64,000 nt of DNA from Geosiphon pyriformis uo1 (GCA_016748015.1 JAAOMT010000299.1:338166-402165); one strand, 5' to 3'; numbered from the stretch's first letter, positions 1 through 14,645 are shown. A program made the numbers and translations. The notes: a model not told the origin generated them from the sequence alone.

Positions 1-2640
1 TAGTAGACTGATTTTCAATAAAATAAATTGGAATTGTTGCAATTTTTTTTTAGTTCAGATTTTCCAAATTTGATTTCATATTTATCATTTTTGCTAAACA
101 AAAGAATATTAATTGCATAATATTCTAAACACTATTGGTTATTACAGAACATAGTTATTTTTCATATAATTGAATATTTATTTGCTTTAATTATTAAATT
201 TAAGCTTCTTTGGTTAAATAAGCATAACTTGTAATTTAATAATAGATTTCTATTTTATCTTTATAATCAAATTCAGCTAATTTTATTGTATACTTGATGT
301 ATTTTGCTTCTTTTATTTAATGTACATCTTTTTAGATTCCTTTATTAATTAAAATTATGGTTAGTTTGTAGATTATCTTTAATATTATATGGATAATAGT
401 AGAGTTTATTAAAGACACTGTTATATGTTGCATTAAAAAAAGTTTTTTTTTTTACTTTTTTTGCAATTAAAAGTGCATATTAACAGATTTGATCACAAAT
501 TTCTCCTCTTATTACAACATCAATCCAGTTGTATTCTTTTGGTAGTATTTTTTTACATATAAAACAAGAAATATTGTTCTATTTTTCATTTTATTTGAAG
601 TATTCAAATTGTTTTTTATGGCATGTTTTGCAAAAATAGCAAATGTGTGTTTCATATTCTTTTTTTAAAAATATGTATGTTCTTATTAACAAAAGCTTCT
701 TGTTGTAGTTTTTATATTTAAGTAAAATATAAGGTGATTATTTTTGTGGTTTTGGTGTAAAATACTTAACAATATTCTATCTTTTGGTTTTTTTAAAAAA
801 TTTTTGCATTGTTTTTTCAGCCAATTAGATATTGATCCAAGAGCCATGTATGTTTTGATAATTGGCATATTTTTCTTTTCTTTAAATTCAAACACCAAAA
901 TTTTTTTGAATTGTTTATTAAATATATCATATATAATAAGTACTCAGGTATATTGTTCTTGGTATAATATTTTTAATTGTTGTGTTTTTTAGTCTAAGTT
1001 TGTATTGGCTTTAAGGAACCAATTGTTTTTGACAAGAACTTGATATTAAAATATATCTATAACAAAAACTTTAATTGAAATGATAATTCTATTAATTGTA
1101 AAAAAAAAATTGTTAATTTTTTTTATTAAAGTTTTCTTTATACTATTAGTTATAACAATGACTGTTTGGGCTGATTTGTTAATGTTTCACTTCAGCTGTT
1201 ACATTAACTAATAAGTAATAATACTTCTAACAGATCTACTGTCTAAGATTAATTGAATTGGTTTTTCTTTAATTTTGGCTTTTATATATATTGCTATAAT
1301 TACTTTTTGTTTATTGACTGTTATATTACTAAATAGAGATAGTAATTTATTGGCTTTGAATTCAAATAGGAATATATTTGAAAGATTGATATTTTGAGTA
1401 ATTTTGGCTGACAAAATTGTATTATTAAAAAAAGTTTTGTCTTAATACTACAGCTTTATTTTTAAAAAGTGTAGTTTGTTAAAAATCTGATTCTTTTAAC
1501 ATTGTAAAATAATTGGATTGAATATAGTAATGTATAGATTTTTGTTGAGCTAGATTTTAGAGAACTAATTAGTTGTTGAAATTGAATTAATTATTGTTAA
1601 AAAACTGATTTTGTGGTGTGAATTGGTTTTGTTAGATCAATTTTCAAGCAGGTATTTAATATTGCTAAGCAAGTAGTTGTTAATACTATTGTTAAATAAA
1701 TTGTGAAGCAAATTAATAGTAATTATTCTGATATTGAGATCTTAATAAATAATAAGCTGGTGGTAGAAATTGGTAATAAAATTGTTAGATTGAAAATAAT
1801 GTTGATTATTTCTTTGTTGTTGGTCTTATTATATTTATTAGCAATTTTATTTTTAGTATCTAGAAATTTCACAATAATAATAGCTTTAAGATTGGTTGTT
1901 TGGTAATAATGTGTAGTTGTTTTAATTGTATCATTAAGATAATTAATATTTTTGTTATTGCTGCTGTTGTTAATTGGTAAAGTAATTTTCAACTTTTTTG
2001 GTCAATTGATCAATTTTTTTTTTAGCTGCTAAACTAGTTTTTCTAATTGCAAGATTCACAAATTTAGTGTGATTAATTTCTTTTATTGTCATTTTATAGG
2101 TCTTAGTATGTTGAATAACAGTAGCTAGATTTGCTAAGGCATGTAATCAAACTTTTTTAATGAGTTTGTTTTTTAATTTTGCAATAAACTGATCCAAAAT
2201 CTGGACATTGAAATAGTAGTTATTGGTTTCTAATTGTTAAATTCATTGAAGAAGTTTGTTGAACCTTTTAAGATAAGTCATAATGGTTTTAGATACTTCT
2301 TATTTAATGTTATAAAAACAATTTTGGAAAATAATAGAGGTATTATCAATAAATTGTTTCAAAAAAACATTTTTAAATACTTGTTAGTTTTTGAAAAGTT
2401 TGGCCAAGTTTTCAAATTATTCTTCTGCTGTTTTTTAGAAAAAATATGAAATTGCTTTTAATATTTTTGCTATATTTTTTCTATTTGCATTTTCTGTTTT
2501 TTGGACTTTTTTAAGCAACTCTTGTAAATTAGTATTAGTATCTTCTTCAATAAATTTGGTAATTTTTGTGATATAGATAGTTGTTATGTTTTTTGTATTC
2601 TTGTTTTCAGTAGTTTTTTTCTCTATGAATTTAGAAACAT
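1..2640 (-). mobile_element. Degenerate Ty3/Gypsy fragment of a second, diverged subfamily (gag - protease - Cys-rich domain); runs off the left edge and is cut at 2640 by an LTR insertion
   Basis: Minus-strand relics: capsid-like TTIYITKITKFIEEDTNTNLQELLKKVQK..ILKAISYF (ORF 2435-2734) and QILDQFIAKLKNKLIKKV (~2150-2210); protease IQLILDSRSVRSII (ORF 1208-1414); Cys-rich relic SCFICKKIL..RGEICDQIC (~480-570). Same order as the complete element at 29086-39156 but clearly diverged. Confidence 0.85.
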
Positions 2641-3531
2641 TGTTACTTATAGAAAAAAATACAAGAAAAAAAGTAGGAAAAACAGATAAAAAAAATAAAC
2701 TAATAGAAGAATAGTACTTAGTGAGTAAACACAATATTAGAAAAATATGACATATTGCTTAACAATATATATATTGTTAGTGAATTATGGCATACTGTTT
2801 AACAATGAGCATATTGTTAAAAAATCATAACATATTGCTTAGCAATAAGCATATTGTCAGAAAAAATAGAACATATTTTTTAAGAAAATATGAGATCTCA
2901 TATAACAAAGTATTAAAAACAAAAATGACAGAATTAATCGAAAGAATCTATTACAATCTATTAATTATTCAATACCTTTTCTTTTAAAAAATAGTTTTCT
3001 ACAACTTGAAGTAGAATCAAATTACATATTAATAAAATATCAATTTATTATTTGAATCTATATTACTGTTACTTGATTAAGAAATATTAATCAATTTCAT
3101 ACTATTAATACTCCATGTTAATAGAATCTAAGACTTAATCATATTGAACTAATAGCTCTTGATTATGGCTATTGACAAAATACTAATTTCTTAATTTTTT
3201 TTATTTTTTTTATTTTTTTTGTTTTGTTTCTTTGTTGTTTATTAATTAATTAAAAAAATTAAATGCTGAGTATTTGATATCAAGAATAGTTTGGTAAAAA
3301 ATCTAGAAATAAAAGTAGAAATTTAAGAATAGCTTACCAGAAGAGCATAACTACCAAAATAAACTGTCTATTATGTTAAAAAAAATTCACAAAAAAACTA
3401 TTAATTGAATCTTTGTTTATTATACAAAGAATTCAACCAAAACTTTTAAAAATTACCAATATTATCAACTATTGAGCACCAAGTTATGGGTTCGTTATTT
3501 GTTTTAACACTCCAAATAATTATTTGTAACA
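2641..3531 (+). repeat. 5' LTR (891 bp) of a truncated plus-strand Gypsy copy
   Basis: Starts TGTTAC, ends GTAACA; homologous to the LTRs at 29086 and 12695. Followed by a mutated PBS (tttaatgttttttgtaaag versus tttggtgctctctatgagg). Confidence 0.92.
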
Positions 3532-3723
3532 TTTAATGTTTTTTGTAAAGTATAATCCAACAAAGAATTAGTACCAACATTAATTATTCAGAAAAGTAAC
3601 AAACCAAAAAATCATAGAAAAAAATCAGTTAAAATTTGCAAAATTCATATTTCAATACTACCAAATTTATCTTGGATTGATAAATATTTATTGGTCAGCA
3701 GAATTAACTTTCAATTACTATGT
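3532..3723 (+). mobile_element. PBS and first ~190 bp of the internal region of the truncated Gypsy copy
   Basis: Aligns with 29927-30118 and stops abruptly at ATGT (3720-3723), where an opposite-strand LTR begins. Confidence 0.85.
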
Positions 3724-4605
3724 TGTTACAAATAATTATTTAGGATATTAGTACAAATAACAAACTTATAACTTGGTGCTCAATAATTGGTAATTTTGGT
3801 AATTTCTGAAGATTTTGGAGTCTGAAAATTTTGGTTAAGTCTTTTGTATAATAGACAAAGATTCAATTGATGGTTTTTTTTATGAATTTTTTTCTTCAGC
3901 ATAATGGCCAGTTTAATTTGGCAGTTATGTCTTTTTAATAAACTATTTTTAAATTTTTACCCTTATTTCTGGGTTTTTTACCAAACTATTTTTAACATTA
4001 ATTATTTAGTGCTTAATTTTTTTAATCAATTAATAAACAACAAAGAAATAAAACAAAAAAAAATAAAAAAAATAAAAAAAAAAGAAAATAAAAAATTAGT
4101 ATTCTGTCAATAGCCATAATCAAGAATTATTGGTCTAATATGGTTAAATATTGGATTCTATCAATATAGAGTGTTAATAAAGTGAAAGTAATTAATATTT
4201 TTTAATTAAGTGATAATAATATGAATTTAGATGATAATTAATATTTTATTAATATGTAATTTGATTTTGCTTTTAGTTGTAGAAAACTATTTTTTGAAGG
4301 GAAAAATATTAGATAATTAATTAATTATTGGTATTAATTCTGTCTTTTCTGTTTCTAATACTCTTACTATATATATCTAATTTTTTGTTATATGAGATTT
4401 CACATTTTCTTAAGCAATATGTTTTATTTTCTCTGACAATATGTTTATTGCTAAGCAATATACTATAATTTTCTGACAATATGTTTATTGCTGAGCAGTG
4501 TGTTATAATTCACTAACAATATATTATAATTTTCTGACATTGTGCTTATTCATTAAGTACTATTCTCCTATTGATTTATTTTTCTATTTGTTTTTTTTAT
4601 TTTTC
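3724..4605 (-). repeat. 3' LTR of the minus-strand Gypsy element (boundary at ~4605 approximate)
   Basis: Plus strand begins TGTTACAAATAATTATTT, the reverse complement of the LTR end. The LTR start and PPT are eroded or deleted near 4605. Confidence 0.85.
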
Positions 4606-7600
4606 TTTTTTTAATATTAAACTCTGTCAAAATTTTCATTTTAAATTAAGTCTATTACTTTTTTTTAACATTGTTTGTTCAATTTTGTTCCTTATTTTTT
4701 TACTTTAAGAGTTGTTTATTCTTTTTTATTGATTAATAATTATTGTTTCTATTTTTAATATAGTAGTATTTCTAAATAATTTTGAAATATAGTGTATAGT
4801 TAGTAGATTGTTTTAATATATAGTCTAAAATTTGTCTTTTTTTTAATAAAATTTTTAATTTGTTGTACTATTTTTTGATTAAATATTTTTCTGGATTTAT
4901 CAATATATAATTTCTAAATATTCAGCTTTTGTCTCAACTAATAATAATAATATAATATTGGAAGTTGTTTTATCTATAGTTTTTAGTTTTTTTTAGTTAG
5001 CTTTTCTGTTGAAACTATTAGTGGTATTTTTCTAATAGTGTTCTTTACTTTTTCAATGACTTTATTTAACTAGTGATTTGTTTAGTTCTGTGGTTACTAA
5101 TATGAGATGCTTCTTGTTTTTCTTTCTCTTTTAGTGTTTTAATAGTAAATTGTTTGATAATTGATAACAATTTTCATGTTTAATTGTTGTTAATTTATGG
5201 TCTGGAATAATTTTTAAGCCATTGTATAAATGTAATCTGGGATTTTTATCTTTTTTTGTTGTTTTTGTCACATATACTGTCTCTTTACATACTATTTTGT
5301 AAATTAATTTGATATGTTTGTGTTAATAATTATGATTAGTTCTAGATCTTATTGAATTTTATCTGGTTGAACTAATATTTATTGTACTTTTAGTTGTAAA
5401 ATATTATTAATAGATGATAATACTATATTATAATATAATTTTAATTGATCTTTATGTGCTGTTTTAGCTAAGATTTTGTTGTCTTATTTTAATTTATAAG
5501 CTCTATTTTTTAGAATTTTTTTAATGTAAAATAGTTTATTTTATTTAGAGTCGAAATTTTTACTCTATTGTTTTTTTGCTTTAATATAATACAAGAATAC
5601 TTTGTCTCCAATTTTGAATTTAACTGATTTATCTGGTAATTGGTTATTATGTCATTTTTTTTGTTTTGTTTGTGATTTTTGTATATTATTAGCTGTTTTT
5701 TACCTTTTGTTTTCTAATGTTTTTATTAATTTATATGTTTTTCTTAGCAATATTCTTTGAAAGTTGGCTTTTGTTATTAGTTTAATTAGATATGTGTTGA
5801 TATTTATCTTAATTGGTAATATTGCTGTTTTATTATAAACAAGTTCAAATAGTATTGTTTGTGTAGTATTTTGTTTTATTGTCTGATAAACAAATAATAC
5901 TGATAGTATAAATAAATTCTATTTATTTTGGGTTTTTTGGCTGATTTTGGCTATTATTTTACACAATGTTTTATTGAATCTTTTAACTAAGCTATTTGTT
6001 TATAAATGATATGATGATAATAATGGTCTTTTAATTTCAAATCTTTAACTTAATTCTATTAATATTCTATTCACAAAGTGGGTTTTTTGATTTGATAATA
6101 ATTTTTTTGAACATCTATATCAACAAATCAAATCTTAGTAAATAAATTTGGCTATAGATTCTGCATTCACTTTTTGAATTGTTTTTGCTTCTGGCTATTT
6201 TGTGAGATAGTTTATAATTACTATTATATAATAATTGTTTTTGCTGGTTATTGTTAATGTTTTGATTAAGTCAATTCCAATTTGATTAAATAATTGTTCT
6301 ACTTTAATTAGTCTTAGCAGTTTATTAGGTCTTGTTTTTTTTTTCTAATAAGCATCATAATTTTAAATATATTAAATAATGTTTAAATATATAAATGGCC
6401 AATAATATTTTTTTATAATTCTTTTTATGGTTGCTTTTTTATGAAAATGTCTTGTTATTAGATCTGAATATATGTTGAACAATACTGTTTTTTTTTCTGG
6501 TTCTGTAATTATTTTGAATAATTAATCTGAATATTTTCTGTTTTTCTGATATAATATATTTTAATAAGTAATAAAGTATTTTGTTTGTTGTTTTATGTTG
6601 TTTTGTTTTTTTTGAGATAATTTCTCCTTAAACTGTTAAGTATTAATATAATATTGAAGTTGTTGATATTTTTGTGTGTTAATCTTTTGTTATATTTTTG
6701 GGTTAAAATGTTTTAGATTTGTCTTATTTGCAACAAACTGTTAGCATTTCTGTTTTTTTTTCTTTTTTTATAATGTATAATATAATTAAATTGTGATAAT
6801 TCTATTTTCCATCTTATATGATAATTGTTTTCAAATTTTTGCTTCTAGATTGATGTTAATTCCTTGTAATTAGTGTATATATCAAATTTTTAACTTAAAT
6901 ATTTTTTTTATTTGATAATAATATAATAGATAGCTAAGTATTCTAATGTTGGGGTTTCATAGTTTTTCTCAGCTGGACTTAAACTTCAGCTGGCATATGT
7001 TATTAGATGTTCTCATCTATTAGCTCTTTTTTGTAACAATACAGCTCCCAATGCTTAATTGAATATATTAGTAATAATAATAAATGGCTTGCTGTAATTT
7101 AGATAGATCAGTACTGAAGCTTAAATAAGCTTTCTTCTTAAAATGTTGAAAGCCTCTTGTTGGGTTTTAGTTCATTCATATTTAATATTTTTTGCTTGAA
7201 GCTAATAAAATGATTGGGTCAGTTTGAAGAAGTTTTGAATAAAATAGTAATAATATCCAGCAAATTTCAAAAATGCTCTTAATTCTGTAAGATTTGTTGG
7301 TATTGAAAAGTTATTAACTATTTTAATCTTGTCTGAATCTGTTTTTATGTTATCTTTGCTTATAACATATTTCAAAAACTTAAGTTCAGTTTTTCTAAAG
7401 AAGCATTTGGTTGCATTTAATTTCAATCTGGCTTTTTTTAATCTTTCAAACACTTGTTGAAGATAATAAAAATAATTATCAAATGTTTCTGAGAACACAT
7501 TAGTGTTATCTAAATAGACTATTACTGATTTTTATAGCAGTTCAGTATAGACAATTTTCATAAATTATTGGAAGATAGCTGGTGCATTAGTTAAATCAAA

Positions 7601-10600
7601 TAACATAATATTGAATTCAAAATTCTCTTTTTTGATGATAAATACTGTTTTTTCTTTGTTGGCTAAGTTTATAGTTACTTGTCAATAACCACTATCTAAT
7701 TTCAATGTTAAAAACCATTTCTTTTCTCTGAAAGCATCAAATAATTCTTGGATTTATAGAATTAAATAGCTATTTTTATGAATAATACTATTAAGTTTTT
7801 AATAATCTATACAAAAGTAGATCTTTTTATATTTTTTATAAACAAGTACTACTGGTAATGATCATAAATTTATTAATAGTTAAATTAACTTATTGTTCAA
7901 TATTTTGTTGATTTTTTGTCAAATAATTTTATGACTAGCTGGTGATATTTTGTATGTTCTTTGTTTAATTGGTATTATATCTTTAGTTTTGATCTGGTGT
8001 TAGATAATGTCAGTTTTGACAAATTTATTTTTACTGGCAAAGATGTCAGTAAAGTTGTTGAGTAGTATCTTGAGTTGCATCTGTTGAAATAAGTTTAAAT
8101 TCCTTAAGTTTATTTGTTTTAATTGTTCTAATTACAACAAATAACATTTTTCTCGTCTATATATAGTTTGTAATATAATTGTCCACATATTTGCAAAACT
8201 GTAAAAAGTCTGGAATAGTAGTAGGTGCTTAATTTTCAACTTCAGTATTTAAGTATCTGATGGTAGTTTTATTTGGTATTTCTATAGTGTTTTTAGTTAT
8301 GTTGTATATTGGAATCTTGATGTGTTTGTTGTTTTTAGCTAATATATAGAAATTAGTAATAGCAATCTCTCCTGATTTATAAATGTTTGTTTTAGCTTTA
8401 AAAATCTGTGGTTGATCCTTCACTTTTCTTTCTATAACTACTATATACTAGTTATATGATAAAATGAAAATTGATTAATAAGTGAAAATAATTTCTTTCT
8501 TATTAATTGTTTTTTCTTCTGTCATATTAATTGGTATATTTATTTTACTTATTGATTCAAATTTCTTTATCTCTCTTACTGTAATTTCTAACTCTTTTTT
8601 TGTTTCCAATAATACTAATTGAGTTATTTTAACCAAAGACAAAAATATTGTCTATGCTATCTTTTTATTTGGTTCAATTATGTATCTTTTTTTTAAGTTA
8701 TTTTGTAGTATTATAATGATACATATTCTGCATCAATTATTTTTTTTTTAATATTAATCTTTTTTTTTGTTAAATTAGATCTAAATGCTAATTGTACCAT
8801 TGTTGTTGCTAGAATTTCTAATACTATTTTTAGATCTATACTGGTGCATAAATAAAGTTTTAATTTAATAATAGTTTTTTCTGAATATCTAAAATTAAAC
8901 TCTGTATTGGTATTATGCATGTATTTTGGCATAATACTTTTATTATTATTATTAAACCATTTGAGTTTCTACTTCTTTGAAAAGTTTGAAAGCACAACAT
9001 ATTGTTTAAAATTTTTATTAGGATTTAAATCATTGTTGTTTTTATTGTTATTTTGGATTAAATTGGACTTATTGTTGTTATTGTTATTAAAGTTTAGATT
9101 ACAATTGAATTTCAATTCTGATTCTGTTGTATATTTACTGATTGGTTTTTTTTCTTTAGGAATCAAATAGATTATCTATGATAGTAAATTATAAATAAGA
9201 TCACAATTGTTACAATATTTAAAGTCACTAAGAATTAAGCAATATTTGTACAGTCTTATATTTAATTGTTCTAGTCTTTGCTTTTGCTCTTTTTTAATTG
9301 GTGCTAGGTCTTGGTAATGCTTATAAAATTGTTCTGAATTGTTTATAATATTATTAAAGACATTAAAAGTTAAGACAAATTTGGGTTCAGAAAGTATTAG
9401 TAAGTTATTTTTAATCTCCAATATTTCACTAGATAAAACACCTTTAATTTTGACACTTGTCATTCTTCAGATCTTGTGTTTGTTGTGTGAATAACTTTTC
9501 AAACATGTAAGAATTTATTTTTAGGTAACATCAATTGAAGTTTCTTTTTGTATTCAATTGTTAATTAAAATCATATATTAACATGTTTCATCACATGTTT
9601 TTCCTTGTTTAGAAATGTCATTCCATATTTCTTTATCAAGAAAAGTTATTCTACACACAAAACAAGGCTTATTGTCCCATTTTTTTGGTTATTTAGATTA
9701 TTCAAAGTGTTAAAAGATGTATAGATAACAATAATATTTGGTTGCTATTGGTCATTTTTTGTTATTGCCACAACATGCACCCATTGTTGAAAATTTTTTG
9801 TCACAATCAATGCATATTAGTTTGAGTCAACAATAATTTGGTTGTCTTGGTAGTGTAATATTATATGGAGTATATGTTGAAATAGTGGCTTGGGATTGTT
9901 TTTCTTTTTTTTTTCCTTTTTTCTTCTTTTCTTAAATTAAAATTGGTAATAGTTTATTGTAATTTTTGTTAATTTATGAAACTTAATAAGCTTTTCAGGT
10001 AGATTTTTCTTCTTTTTTCTCAAATTTTATTAGTAAATACATAGTGGTTAGTTTGAAATAATTACAAGTAGCAGGTACTCAAATTTGTTAACTATCTTGA
10101 TTAAACTATAACTCTTGAATATTCTAGTTAAATATAATATTGGTTTTGAACAAGCAGTTATTACCAACTAGTGTTTAATACTGTATAGCTTTCATAATGA
10201 AAATCTTAATTGGCATGATAATGCCATTAACTTCAAATAGGAAGTCATTAATTTTACCAATTAAGGTTTTTGTTGTTTTATTGACTGTAATGATTTTAGT
10301 GTTGGCAGTTTGATTAACTTGGTAACCTAATTGGTCCATAAGTTGTTATATGATAATTCTGTCTATTAAGAATTAGCTTAATAGAGTGGCCATCAACTTT
10401 GACATTAGTATACATTATAGTAATTAAGAGCAGTTCTACTAAACAGCAGTATTGTTGCTGATTTTTTTAACTTAAAGAGAAAAATGGCTGTAAGTGATTT
10501 ATTTTCTGTGACAGCTGCTGGTGGAATGTTATTAGTAAGTAATTTGTGGTTGGTATCCAGATTGTTAAGTGAGTTGGTCTTAAATAGTTCTGAGAATTCA

Positions 10601-12694
10601 GATTTTAAATGTATCTACTTTCCAAATTTTTTGGACATAATTTTAATAACAGATTTGATAAACTGAAGATTAGTTAATGTATGATCATTGCCAATCTTTA
10701 ATTTTGTTGTGTGTATATTGTTTTTGGCCTTTGGTATCCAATTAGTACAGTAATTTGGAATGTATTAATATTTGTTGGAGTTAATAGATAATTTATGGCT
10801 GCAGCTAATATAGTACTAATACTGGAGTCTAATATACTAGAAGTAAATATATTGGTTATTGTATTATTTAAAAATACTATGGCTAATATTGATTCTGATT
10901 TGGATAGTAGTCTGGAGTTTAGAACTAGTGATCAGGGTTTTGATATTGATTTTCTGATCATTGGTTATTTAACTTTAATCAACAGTCTATTCTTAAATAT
11001 TTTTGTTTACTATAATGATAACAGATATATATTTCTGGTTGTTATGGTTGGTTTGTTAATAATAATGATGGGCATAATTGAGTTTGGAAATAATTAAAGT
11101 TTTCTTAATTATTATAATAGTGTAGAAGCTGATATATGGTTTAATTGTTAGTTAAATATCTTTTTAATTTCTGATTAATGAAATTACTAAATTGTTTTAG
11201 CTTAGAATTCAACTCAAATAATCTGTTTATTACTAGATTTATGGCTTGGACATAATTGGTTTTAAGTTTGGCCAATTTAAAATCTTAGACATGTGACTGT
11301 ATTTTGGAGCATTTGTGGATATAATAGGCATACACATTGTAGAAAGCTATTGTACAAGCCATAAATAAATTGGTTTAGAATTTGTAACACTGTAAAGTAA
11401 TTTGCATTAATTGCTTGTATTTGGTGCAGATTTCTATAAAAACATCCCAAGTAAGTAGTAACTGCTTTTGTGTTGTTCTGCTTGATAGTAGTGAAGGCAG
11501 TTGTCAAGCAATTAATGTTGTTATTATTATTAAAATATATTAAAAATTCAATTTTAAACACATTAAAAATTAGAAATTTGTTAATTAAACTTTAATATCA
11601 CAAATTGGCAGTATTCTGTAAAAAGTATAGAATAGCTTATAGAGCTTTGTTATTATTCTATTTGTTGACTGCAATAGCTTTTGCCATATTATTTAGCCAT
11701 ACTTGGACATTATTTTCTTTGCCAGTAAATTTTTTTAATTTGGTAATTGATGCATATGCTATTGATATGAATTGTTGTTATTGTAGTTGTGGTTGGAGTT
11801 GTTGTTGTGGTGGAACAATTGGTACAACTGATAGATTAATCACAATTTCTGGAGATATGTTTTGAAGAACAATAAAAGTGGAATTTGGATTGTTTAGGTT
11901 TTGTTGAATTGAAACAATTGAAGTTTGTATTTCCAAATTTTTTGAGATTGAGTGTAAATTATGAATTTCCTGATCATTGTCTTCTTTTTCTTTTGAGTCA
12001 GTTCTTTTCCAAAGACTACTGGCTCTGAAATTTGGTTGGGATGATGACAATCAAAGTCTTGATAAGATTGTTGGTTGCAATTTAAATTCTTTAAAAAAGT
12101 TATTATAAGTTCTTAATAATCTGGCTTTTTTTTTATTGTTTTAAAATAGTATTCTGGATAATAGTGTTTTTAACATAGTTGCAGTTGATGTTATTTGAAT
12201 AGTACTTTTTGGTGTATGATAATTAATAGATAAATAGATAAAACTACTTTTGGTTTCTTTTATGTAGGCAGTTGTACTTTTTTTGGTGTTTTTGCTGGTA
12301 TTTGTAATTTTTTTTTGTTGTCTGTAAAAGTAATAAAAAAATTTTGTCAGATGTGCTTTTCAATTTTTCTGTTGATTTTGGTAATTATTGGGGCAAACAA
12401 ATAATTTTGTGAAAATGTAATGCTTTGAAGTAATTCACTATAAAAATTATTAAGTACTGCTTCTGAATTTTATTGGTTTTTCAAGTAAAATTTAATTTTT
12501 TTATTGATGTAAAAATTGAAAGCTGATTTTGTTGGCCAATAATTACTTGTCAATCTAAGGGGAGTTTAATAGTATTGGAATAAAACTTTTACAAATTTCA
12601 AGTGGTTGGTTCCTATTTCTTTTAATTCTGCTACTATTCTAAATAATTGTTGTTGGTACTGGTTTTTTGCTAAATTATACTTTATAAAAAGCAC

Positions 12695-13700
12695 TATTAC
12701 TCATAGAAAAAGAATACAAGAAAATAGTAGGAAAAACAGATAAGGAAAATAAACCAATAAGAGAATAGTATTTAGCATGTAAGCATATTGCTCAGCAATA
12801 TGAAGCATTGTCAGAGAATCATAGCATATTGTTCAACAATGAGCACATTGTCAGAAATTACAGGCACATTGCTCAGCAATGTAAGCATTGCTTGAGAAAT
12901 CATAACATATTGCTCATGAATGTGCAGAATCTCATATAACATAAATTATATATATATAGCAAGAATGTTAAAAGCAGAAAAAGTAATTCCAGGAGAATTC
13001 AAGAATTTCTGAAGAATTCAATAGAGTTTTATTAATTTAAAACAATCTTCTTTCTTTTTTATTTATTAACCCTCATTTCAAGGATAGTTGCTATCAACCA
13101 AAATGGAATTATATAAATAAAAGATCTTTTCAATTCTTTAAATTCATGTTATTGTCGTTTGTTTGAAAATATAATCACTTTTTTATTTATCAACACTTCA
13201 TGTTGATAAAATTCAACACTTAACCACACTGAAACAATAGCTTTTGATCATGGCTATTGATGGGATACTAACTTGAATTGCCTTGGCTTATTTCTAATTT
13301 CTTATTTTCTTTTTATTTTCTTTTATTTTATTTTATTTTCTTTTGTTTGTTGACTTACTATTAATTAAAGAGATTAAACACTGAGTAATTAATGTCAAGA
13401 ATAGCCTGGTAAAAGACCCAGAAATAAGGATAGAATTATATATATTAACAGATAGCTTACCAGAAAGGCACGACTGCCAAATTAAACCAGCCATCATACT
13501 GAAGACAGAAATTAGAAAAATGACTTGGAAAATCAACCAAAACCAACCATAGTAAATTTTTGTCCATTATACAAAAGACTCCACAACAAAACCTTTAGAT
13601 AAAACAACACCTTCAGATATTACCAACAATATTATATCAATTGAGCACCAAGTTACGAGTTTGTTATTTGCTTTGAGACCCCAAATAATCACCTGTAACA
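12695..13700 (+). mobile_element. Solo LTR (1006 bp) with 4-bp TSD GCAC
   Basis: GCAC(12691-12694)-TATTAC...GTAACA-GCAC(13701-13704); the terminal TG is mutated to TA. Removing the LTR and one GCAC restores the host PBS tttggtgc-tttttataaag on the minus strand. Confidence 0.93.
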
Positions 13701-13708
13701 GCACCAAA

Positions 13709-14645
13709 TATTACAAATAATTATTTGGGGTGTTGAAACAAATAACAAATCTGTAATTTGGTGCTCAATAGTTGATGTTATTGGTAATTTTAAAGATTTT
13801 TATAATCTGAAAGTTTTGATAAAGTTTTTTGTATAATATACAAAAATTCACTTAATGTTTTAGTACCTATTCTGGAAGTTTTTTTTATAAATTTTTTTCT
13901 CAGTATGGTGGCTGGTTTTTTTGATAAGTTATCTTTAATCTTATGAGTTCTTTACTTTTGTTTCACAGGTTTTTTATTAGGCTATTCTTGATGTTAATAA
14001 CTCAGTACTTAATTTTTTTAATCAATTAATAAACAACACAGAAATAAAACAAAAAGAAAATAAAAAAAAATAAGAAAAAAAATAAGCAATTAGTATTTGT
14101 CAATAGTCATAATTAAGAGCTATTGGTTCAGTATGATTAAGTATTAGATTTTATCAACATGGAGTGTTAATAAAGTGGAAGTAATTAATATTTCTTAATC
14201 AAGTAATAATAATATAAATTCAGGAAATAATAGATATTTTATTAATATATAATTTAATTCTGCTTTAAGTTATAGAAAAACTACTTTTTTTAAAAAGAGA
14301 TATATTAGATAATTAATTAATTATTGGTATCAATTCTGTTTTTTTTGCTTTTAATATTTTTGCTATATATACATAATTTTTGTTAAATAAAATCTCATAT
14401 TTTTTTAAGCAATATGTCTTATTTTCTCTGATAATACTTTTATTGTTAAGAAATATGTTATAATTTTCTGATAATATGTTCATTGTTGAGCAGTATGCCA
14501 TAATTCACTAATAATATGCATATTACTAAACAATATATTATAATTTTCTGACATTGTGCTCACTCACTAAGTGCTATTTTTCTATTGGTTTATTTTTTTA
14601 TTTGTTTTTTTTATTTTTTTTTTGGTACTTTTTTTATGAGTAACA
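13709..14645 (-). repeat. 5' LTR (937 bp) of the minus-strand Gypsy element
   Basis: Plus strand ends ATGAGTAACA (reverse complement TGTTACTCAT, the LTR start). Directly adjoined by the PBS half GCACCAAA at 13701-13708. Confidence 0.92.

Larger units (their letters stand above)
3724..14645 (-). mobile_element. Minus-strand Ty3/Gypsy element, heavily mutated, probably a chimera of two insertions; interrupted in its PBS by a solo LTR
   Basis: LTRs at 13709-14645 and 3724-~4605. Internal relics: gag (ORF 11277-11561), protease (~10100-10420), Cys-rich domain (~9180-9830), dUTPase (ORF 8711-8932), RT (ORF 7202-7498), RNase H (~6730-7090), integrase (~5400-6500), ORF3 (~4613-5250). Flanks ATGT and GCAA do not form a TSD. 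Confidence 0.92.

Noticed and set aside
2637-3730. Autointegration (inversion-circle) signature suggested by the ACAT/ATGT flanks
   Set aside because: It predicts that DNA left of 2641 continues the same element just past the ATGT site; instead it is gag of a different subfamily.
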